Shown piece after piece: positions 57,874 through 64,000 of a stretch of DNA of 64,000 bases. Within the stretch, counting starts at the first letter, position 1. Every line of letters starts with the position of its first letter. The DNA is from an uncultured Chloroflexia bacterium. GTDB taxonomy: Bacteria > Chloroflexota > Limnocylindria > QHBO01. The notes under the pieces were generated by a model. The model had not been told where the DNA came from. It did no database searches and was given only the letters and a program-made list of their open reading frames with translations. The translations under genes and the position numbers were made by a program. The stretch covers positions 77,413 to 141,412 of the forward strand of contig CAVWAU010000006.1 of assembly GCA_963753125.1 (NCBI GenBank), given 5' to 3'.

Positions 57874-59458
57874 TCCACCCGGGTCCTCGCGGTCGACGCC
57901 CGACTGGTCCAGCTTCGACCCGCGTGGCCTGCCGGCGCTCGTCGGGCGGCTGAACGTTCGCCTGGTCCTGGCGCTGGCGATCGTCGCCCTCGTCGCCCTC
58001 ATCACCTCGGGGATCGCCATCCAGCAGATCCTGCCCGGCTTCTTCGCCGAGCAGACCGAGCAACGGATCCAGACTGCAGCCGCCTCGACGGCGCTGTCGC
58101 TGCGCGAGACGGTGACGCGGATCGGCACCGACCCGGAGACCCGGCCGACAGCCGAGCTTCGTGAGCTGCGCGATTCTCGTATCGCGACCGAGGTGGCGAC
58201 CGAGTCCGCGCAGGTGTTCGGTGCCACGGTGACCGTCATCAACGACCTCGGCCGCATGGCGGCACGCGCCTCGCCTCCGGACGTCTCCGATCTCGAGGAT
58301 CGAGGCCTTCGGCGTGACACCGAGGTCGGGCCCTCCGGGGTCGGCGTCCTGATCGAGCTGCCGAGCGGCGAGATCGTGAGATACGAGGTGATCGTCAGCG
58401 ACCTGTACTCGAATCGCGCCGCGACGCTGGAGCAGATCCGGAGCGCGCTCATCGGTGCCGGGCTCCTGGCGCTCGCGGCGTCGCTGGTGACCGGCATCAT
58501 CGCCGCCCGCAGTATCACGGTGCCGATCGCCCGCCTGCGGCGCGTCGCCGGGCGCGTGGCGCAGGGGCAGCTCGACGAGCGGGCCGCGCGATCGGGCGTG
58601 CTGGAGATCGACGAGCTCGGCCAGCAGTTCAACGTCATGGCCGACCGCCTGTCGGGCACGCTGCGCATGCTGGAGGCCGACCGCGATCGGCTCCGCGAGT
58701 TCGTCGCCGACGTCAGCCACGAGCTGCGGACGCCGATCGCCGCGCTGCGCATGTACACCGAGCTCCAGCGTGACGGCAGCGTCGACGATGCGACCCGGCG
58801 CGAGTTCCTGGAGCGCTCGCTCGACCAGATCCAGCGCCTGGAGTGGCTGAGCACGAACCTGCTCGACCTGTCGCGGATCGACGCCGGCATCTACCCGCTC
58901 GACATGCGCGACGGCGACCTGCGCGATCCGGTGCAGGCGGTCGTGCAGGCCCTGAGCGAGGCAGCCGTCGAGCGCGGAGTGGCACTCGAGTCGGCGGTGC
59001 CCGCGGAGCCGGTCGAGATGCGTTTCGACCGCGAGCGCATCGTGCAGCTGATGACCAACCTCATCGGCAACGCGATCAAGTTCACGCCGGCCGACGGGGC
59101 CGTATCGGTCCGGCTGGAGCAGCGGCCAGACGACGTGCTCATCGAGGTGCGCGACACTGGGGCCGGCATCCCGGCCGACGAGCTGCCGCACATCTTCGAG
59201 CGCTTCTATCGCGGCACGAACACCGGCGAGGCGCGGGCATCCGGGAGCGGGCTGGGGCTCGCGATCGTGCGCTCGATCGTCGAGATGCACGACGGCCAGA
59301 TCGAGCTCGCCAGCGAGGTCGGCAAGGGCACCCAGGTCCGGATCATCCTGCCGCGGCGCATCGCCGAGACGGCCGAGACGGCCGATGCCGCGATCGAGAA
59401 GGTCAACGAAACTTCACGTGGCGGTCGCGCTGCGCGCAACCCGGGCACCGTAGGCTGA
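57854..59458 (+). CDS. HAMP-containing sensor histidine kinase
   Basis: Two TM helices, HAMP, SHELRTP, NLIGNAIKFT, DTGAGI, GSGLGL; start approximate. Confidence 0.95.
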   Translation: MPSPRTDPPGSSRSTPDWSSFDPRGLPALVGRLNVRLVLALAIVALVALITSGIAIQQILPGFFAEQTEQRIQTAAASTALSLRETVTRIGTDPETRPTAELRELRDSRIATEVATESAQVFGATVTVINDLGRMAARASPPDVSDLEDRGLRRDTEVGPSGVGVLIELPSGEIVRYEVIVSDLYSNRAATLEQIRSALIGAGLLALAASLVTGIIAARSITVPIARLRRVAGRVAQGQLDERAARSGVLEIDELGQQFNVMADRLSGTLRMLEADRDRLREFVADVSHELRTPIAALRMYTELQRDGSVDDATRREFLERSLDQIQRLEWLSTNLLDLSRIDAGIYPLDMRDGDLRDPVQAVVQALSEAAVERGVALESAVPAEPVEMRFDRERIVQLMTNLIGNAIKFTPADGAVSVRLEQRPDDVLIEVRDTGAGIPADELPHIFERFYRGTNTGEARASGSGLGLAIVRSIVEMHDGQIELASEVGKGTQVRIILPRRIAETAETADAAIEKVNETSRGGRAARNPGTVG

Positions 59459-59466
59459 CGTCGCCT

Positions 59467-60756
59467 ATGAAGACCGATTCGAACCCAAGCCCAGACGATC
59501 CCGACCGCACGCAGCCGGTCGAGGTGCAGCGCTACGGCCCCGACGTGCACACCGATCCCGCGCAGACCGCGTGGCAGGCGGCACCGGCCTGGTCGACGCG
59601 ACCGCCTCAGCCGCCGCCGGCGGTGCACGTGAACCGAGGGCTCGGCGCGGCACCGATCATCGCCATCGCCGTGGTCGCCGGGCTTCTTTCCGGCGCGCTC
59701 TCCGCGATCGGCGTCGCCTCGCTGCTCGAGGGCGGCCCGTCCGGACTCGTGACCGGCACTGATAGCACCGACGCCAACACGATCAGCGACGTCACGATCG
59801 ACGAGTCGAGCGCCGTGATCACGGCCGCCGACAAAGTCGCTCCGGCGGTGGTCACCATCCTGCGCACGACCGGCGGCATCTTCGGCGACGGCAGCGACGG
59901 CTCCGGATCGGGCTTCATCTACCACGAGGACGGCTTCATCCTCACCAACCGCCACGTCGTCGAGGGCGCCGAGAGCCTGACCGTCATCCTCAACGACGGC
60001 CGCCAGTTCGCCGGCTCCGTCTACGGCATCGACACGCTCACCGACCTTGCGATCGTGACCATCGACGCCACCGGCCTGCCCAGTGCCCCGATCGGCAACT
60101 CCGCCGACCTCGAGCCGGGCCAGCTGGCCATCGCCATCGGCAACCCGCTCGGCAACTTCGAGAACACCGTCACCACCGGTGTGGTCTCCGGGCTCGGGCG
60201 CCAGATCCGGGCCAGCGACGCCACCCAGACGAGCAGCGAGACGCTCAACAACCTGATCCAGACCGATGCCGCCATCAACCCCGGCAACTCGGGCGGACCG
60301 CTCGTCAACAGCGGCGGCCAGGTGATCGGGGTGAACACCGCGGTCAACCCAGACGCGCAGGGGATCGGCTTCTCCATCCCGATCGACGTCGCCAAGCCGA
60401 TCATGCAGCAGGCGGTGGAGGGGCAGGAGATCGCCCGCCCCTGGATCGGCATCTACTACGTCGCGATCAACCCGACCCTGGCCGAGGCCGAGGGCCTCCC
60501 CGTCGAGTACGGCGCGCTGATCGGCACCGATGCCGGCGACTCGGCGGTCTTCCCGGGCAGCCCCGCCGAGGCGGCGGGCCTGCGCGACGGCGACATCATC
60601 GTCGCCATCGACGGCGAGCAGATCGGTCCCGGCGCCGACCTCTCGATGCTGATCGTCACCTTCTCGCCGGGCGACACGATCACGCTGCGCGTCCTTCGCG
60701 ACAGCTCGACCAGCGAGTTCGACGTGACGCTCGGGGAGCTGCCGGACCAGCCCTGA
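59467..60756 (+). CDS. HtrA/DegP-family serine protease (TM-protease-PDZ)
   Basis: GSGSGF, TNRHVV, DLA, QTDAAINPGNSGGPL, PDZ with GSPAEAAGL. Confidence 0.96.
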   Translation: MKTDSNPSPDDPDRTQPVEVQRYGPDVHTDPAQTAWQAAPAWSTRPPQPPPAVHVNRGLGAAPIIAIAVVAGLLSGALSAIGVASLLEGGPSGLVTGTDSTDANTISDVTIDESSAVITAADKVAPAVVTILRTTGGIFGDGSDGSGSGFIYHEDGFILTNRHVVEGAESLTVILNDGRQFAGSVYGIDTLTDLAIVTIDATGLPSAPIGNSADLEPGQLAIAIGNPLGNFENTVTTGVVSGLGRQIRASDATQTSSETLNNLIQTDAAINPGNSGGPLVNSGGQVIGVNTAVNPDAQGIGFSIPIDVAKPIMQQAVEGQEIARPWIGIYYVAINPTLAEAEGLPVEYGALIGTDAGDSAVFPGSPAEAAGLRDGDIIVAIDGEQIGPGADLSMLIVTFSPGDTITLRVLRDSSTSEFDVTLGELPDQP

Positions 60757-60767
60757 TCGGCGGTCGG

Positions 60768-61151
60768 CTACGCGGGGCGGCGCCGGAACAGCGCCGCCTC
60801 GACCGTGTCCAGCTCCCCGTCCAGCGGCGCCTCGGGCTTGCGGACCCGGACCTCGACCGCGTCGACGACTGCCGGGTCGGTCGCGGCCAGAACGGCCCGC
60901 GCGATCGCGCCGGCCAGCGCCTCGATGAGGTCGAAGCTCGGTCCGGTGACGATCGCGCCGACGAGCTCGTGGAGTGCGGAATAGTCGACGGTGTCGGCCA
61001 GTGCGTCGGACTCGGCCGCCCGCGCCAGGTCGGCGTGCAGGACGACGTCGACCTCGAACCGCTGAGGCTCCACCTTCTCGTTCGGCAGGACCCCGTGCCG
61101 CGCCCGGAAGCGCATGCCGCGCAGAACGAGCCGGTCGGGGTGGTCGGTCAC
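60768..61151 (-). CDS. folB: dihydroneopterin aldolase
   Basis: RARHGVLPNEK..QRFEVD, TVDYS, DLIEALA, VRKPEAP. Confidence 0.95.
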   Translation of the reverse strand: MTDHPDRLVLRGMRFRARHGVLPNEKVEPQRFEVDVVLHADLARAAESDALADTVDYSALHELVGAIVTGPSFDLIEALAGAIARAVLAATDPAVVDAVEVRVRKPEAPLDGELDTVEAALFRRRPA

Positions 61152-62002
61152 CGACGCACGATCGCGTCGGCCACGCGCCGGGTGCGGGCCATGTGCGCGA
61201 CGTCGTGGATTCGCACGATGTCTGCTCCGGCGGCGATCGCCAGCGCCACGGTCGCGGCGGTTGCCTCGACCCGATCGTCAGCGGGCGCGCCGTCGAGCAA
61301 CTCGCCCAGGAAGCGCTTGCGGCTGGTGCCGACCATCAGCGGCATCCCGTCGAGCGCCGCCTTCAGCTCCGCCAGGCGGTGGAGCAGCTCGAGGTTCTCC
61401 TCGGTCCCCTTGCCGAAGCCGATGCCCGGGTCGACGATGATCCGCTGGCGCTCGACCCCGCGCTCGACGGCCGTCTCGACCGCCATGCGCAGCCAGCCGA
61501 CGACGGTCTCGAAGACGCCGGCCGCGTAGCCGGATTCCTCCTGGTTGTGCATCAGCACCAGGTGCGCGTCGGCCTCGGCGGCGGCGACCGCAGTGCCCGG
61601 ATCGAGGGTGGCGCCCCACACGTCGTTCACCATCCGCGCTCCGGCGGCCAGCGCCGCGCGCGCCACCGTGCCCTTGGTGGTGTCGATGCTGACGATTGCC
61701 CGATCCCCGAGCGCCGAGGCCACGGCGCGCACCACCGGAATGGCGACGGCCGCCTCGGCCCCGGCATCCACCGGAGCGCGGTCGCCGTACGCGCTTCGCG
61801 GTCGCGTCGACTCGGCGCCGACGTCGATGAGCTCGGCGCCGGCGGCCACGAACGCCTCCGCCTGCGCGACGGCGGCGGCCACGACCTCGTCGATCCCGCG
61901 CTCCGGCGTCGCCAGGCCGTCGCCGGAGAACGAGTCCGGAGTCACATTGACGATCCCCATCAGGTAGGTCCGCGTGCCCCAGGACAGCTGTGGTTCCATC
62001 AC
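61148..62002 (-). CDS. folP: dihydropteroate synthase
   Basis: MGIVNVTPDSFS, DVGAESTRP, SIDT, VNDV, DPGIGFGK, GTSRKRF, RIHDV. Confidence 0.97.
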   Translation of the reverse strand: MMEPQLSWGTRTYLMGIVNVTPDSFSGDGLATPERGIDEVVAAAVAQAEAFVAAGAELIDVGAESTRPRSAYGDRAPVDAGAEAAVAIPVVRAVASALGDRAIVSIDTTKGTVARAALAAGARMVNDVWGATLDPGTAVAAAEADAHLVLMHNQEESGYAAGVFETVVGWLRMAVETAVERGVERQRIIVDPGIGFGKGTEENLELLHRLAELKAALDGMPLMVGTSRKRFLGELLDGAPADDRVEATAATVALAIAAGADIVRIHDVAHMARTRRVADAIVRR

Positions 62003-63309
62003 GCCTCCTCGCTGGTTCGGGTCAGCATGCCGCGAATCGCTCCGACGAGATAGAGGGAACCGGCCACGACCACGGGGTCACCCTCGGCCACGGCCAGCGC
62101 CGCCGACGGGTCCGGCGCCGTCCGCGCGCGCTCGCCCGACACCCGCTGCCATGCCCGTTCCAGCGACTCGGGCCGATGGGCGCCCGGGTCGGCGACGCAG
62201 GTGAACACGAAGCGCGGCTCGAGGGGCATGAGCGCGCGGAGCACGCCACTCACCCTCTTCGTCCGCATCGCTCCGAACACGATCGTCGGGCGGCGGACGC
62301 CCAGGTCGTCGAGCGCCTGAGCCAGCGCCGCGGCCCCGGACGGGTTGTGCGCCCCGTCGAGCAGGACTCGCTTCAGCCCGAGCGACGATCCGTCGAGCAC
62401 CTCCAGGCGCCCCGGCCACCTCGCGTCGGCCATCCCTCGCCGCACGCCGCCCTCGTCGACGGCGATGCCCCAGCGCTCGGCGAGCGCGTCGATCACGCCC
62501 AGCGCCACCGCCGCGTTCTGAGCCTGGTGCCGGCCGAGGAGGCCGACCCGCAGGCTATCGAGCCGCCGCGACGGGGTCCGCGCGTCGACGACGATCCCGT
62601 CCCAGCCGGTCTCGCGCAGGTCCGCCCGGTACGGCTGGCGCGGCCCGGCCCGAAGCAGCGGGACACCGAGGGCGGCGGAGCGGTCGAGGATCGGCCGCAG
62701 CCCGCGGCCCGCGGCACCGGTGACGGCGACGTTGCCGGCCTTGATGATCGGCGCCTTCTCGCCGCCGATGGCGGTGAGCGTCGGGCCGAGGATCGCCTCG
62801 TGGTCGAGCTGGACATTGGTGATCGCCGCCACCCCGAGATCGAGCACGTTTGTCGCGTCCAGCCGGCCGCCGAGCCCGACCTCGACGATGGCGAGGTCGA
62901 CCTTCAGGCGCGCGAGCTCGACGATGGCGGCGGCCGTGAGCGCCTCGAACTCGGTCGGTGCGCCGACGTCGCCTGCGACGCGGTCGATGGCCGGCAATAC
63001 CCGCTCGACCGCGGCGGCGAAGGCGGCCCCGTCCAGCGGCCTGCCGTCCACCGCGATCCGCTCGCGGTAGCTGACGAGGTGCGGCTTCGGCATGCTGCCC
63101 GCGCGCAGCCCGGCCGCGGTCAGCACCGACTGCGTCATCGCCACCACCGAGCCCTTGCCGTTCGTCCCTCCCACAAGGGCGCCGCGCAGGCCGCGCTCGG
63201 GGTGGCCGACCTCGACCATCAGGCGCTCGATCCGTTCCAGGCCGAGGCTGATACCGAAGCGGCCGCGATCGGTGAGGGCGTCGACCGCCTGGCGGTAGGT
63301 GAGGGTCAA
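61999..63309 (-). CDS. folC: bifunctional folylpolyglutamate/dihydrofolate synthase
   Basis: GTNGKGS, PHLVSYRER, TEFE, EVGLGGRLDATN, WPGRLE, DGAHNP, AGSLYLVG. Confidence 0.96.
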   Translation of the reverse strand: MTLTYRQAVDALTDRGRFGISLGLERIERLMVEVGHPERGLRGALVGGTNGKGSVVAMTQSVLTAAGLRAGSMPKPHLVSYRERIAVDGRPLDGAAFAAAVERVLPAIDRVAGDVGAPTEFEALTAAAIVELARLKVDLAIVEVGLGGRLDATNVLDLGVAAITNVQLDHEAILGPTLTAIGGEKAPIIKAGNVAVTGAAGRGLRPILDRSAALGVPLLRAGPRQPYRADLRETGWDGIVVDARTPSRRLDSLRVGLLGRHQAQNAAVALGVIDALAERWGIAVDEGGVRRGMADARWPGRLEVLDGSSLGLKRVLLDGAHNPSGAAALAQALDDLGVRRPTIVFGAMRTKRVSGVLRALMPLEPRFVFTCVADPGAHRPESLERAWQRVSGERARTAPDPSAALAVAEGDPVVVAGSLYLVGAIRGMLTRTSEEA

Positions 63310-63313
63310 GCGG

Positions 63314-63871
63314 TCAGTCCGCGGCGTCCTCGAAGAAGACGCAGTCGTTGAACTGACCGGTCAGGCACAGGTCGTTGACGTACCCCGAGTCGAGATGCAC
63401 GCCGCCGCGCAGCTCGCATCGGGCCACCGTGCCCTCCTGCTTCATGAGCGTGCGCATGAGCTGCGGCGCCTGGATCGGGATGCGGCCCTGGGCGCCGTGC
63501 GTGAGGTAGAAGTTCGGGCAGTGATGGCGCCGCGGCTTCGTGTAGCCGAGCGGAACGCCACGCCTGCCGACGTGGACCGCGATCGGCTCCGGGCTGCCGG
63601 CGTAGCGCTTCTCGGCGATGATGCAGCGGCCGGGCTCGCACTCCTTGCCGTTGTAGCAGCAGGCTCGCGCCGGACCGATGCCCTCCACCGCCCACAGCTC
63701 CCAGCACGGACGGCGCAGGATGAAGGCGGGACACCGGTAGCGGATCGTGAGGTCGCAGTTCTCGACCTCCCAGCACATCGTGCGGCGTTCGCCGCCGCGA
63801 CGATCGGGGGCGAACGGATCCTCGGCCTGGCGTCGTTCGGCGCCGCCGCGGCGCTCGGTCTTGATGATCAT
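63314..63871 (-). CDS. Cys-rich protein with two CW motifs and an ERR/DRR-repeat N-terminus
   Basis: ERRGGAERR...DRRGGERR, CWEVENC...CPAF...PCWE...CC...C...C, then a second Cys module; stop lies 4 nt before the folC start; -10 TACACT upstream. Confidence 0.7.
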   Translation of the reverse strand: MIIKTERRGGAERRQAEDPFAPDRRGGERRTMCWEVENCDLTIRYRCPAFILRRPCWELWAVEGIGPARACCYNGKECEPGRCIIAEKRYAGSPEPIAVHVGRRGVPLGYTKPRRHHCPNFYLTHGAQGRIPIQAPQLMRTLMKQEGTVARCELRGGVHLDSGYVNDLCLTGQFNDCVFFEDAAD

Positions 63872-64000
63872 GCGTGCTCGGGCAGCCTTCCCACGCCGCG
63901 AGTGTAGCGGGTGGTTGCACGCGCAACGCGTGTGCGCGACGGAGGTGAAGCGGTGCGCGAGCGCACCGCTATCGGTCATCGGTCAGGCCAGGAACTGGCT

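Overview
This is a high-GC (roughly 70% by eye), gene-dense bacterial chromosomal segment. The gene set suggests Chloroflexota, possibly Limnocylindria-like; that placement is inference only. No integrase, transposase, phage gene, rRNA or CRISPR array was seen. Contents from left to right: ino1/PIP synthase/ArsR; a degenerate ABC exporter and an MFS pump; a sortase-fold protein; trehalose otsBA; a complete complex I (nuo) locus; a pdxST...tmk-darA operon; cca; galE; zur/ZIP; a DEAD helicase; a glucosylglycerate-type osmolyte cluster; an ABC exporter with a GbsR-type regulator; tRNA-Thr(CGT); rplY; a two-component system with HtrA; folC/P/B. The main discovery is the complex I architecture. In an 11-subunit-type order (nuoA-B-C-D-H-I-J-K-L-M-N), nuoI is split between its two [4Fe-4S] motifs and a three-gene NuoE/NuoF/NuoG-like module lies inside it. 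The N-half of NuoI is fused to a NuoE-like domain that has lost two Cys ligands. The NuoF is HydB-type with degenerate NADH and N3 motifs. The C-half of NuoI is fused to a NuoG-like protein carrying an intact GltD/NfnB-type FAD/NADPH domain (StnC-like). This suggests, as inference, a proton-pumping NADPH:quinone oxidoreductase whose last two clusters are ligated in trans by two polypeptides. Other items: several apparent pseudo-enzymes (sortase C>S, DeoC lacking the Schiff-base Lys, ABC ATPase lacking the Walker A Lys), three CTG starts, many leaderless promoters, REP-like and long-hairpin intergenic elements, and a 30-aa coupled membrane microprotein. Caveat: about 15 apparent 1-nt frameshifts occur between 2.9 and 32.1 kb and none were seen after that. 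They are probably assembly errors. All motif calls were made by eye without database searches.
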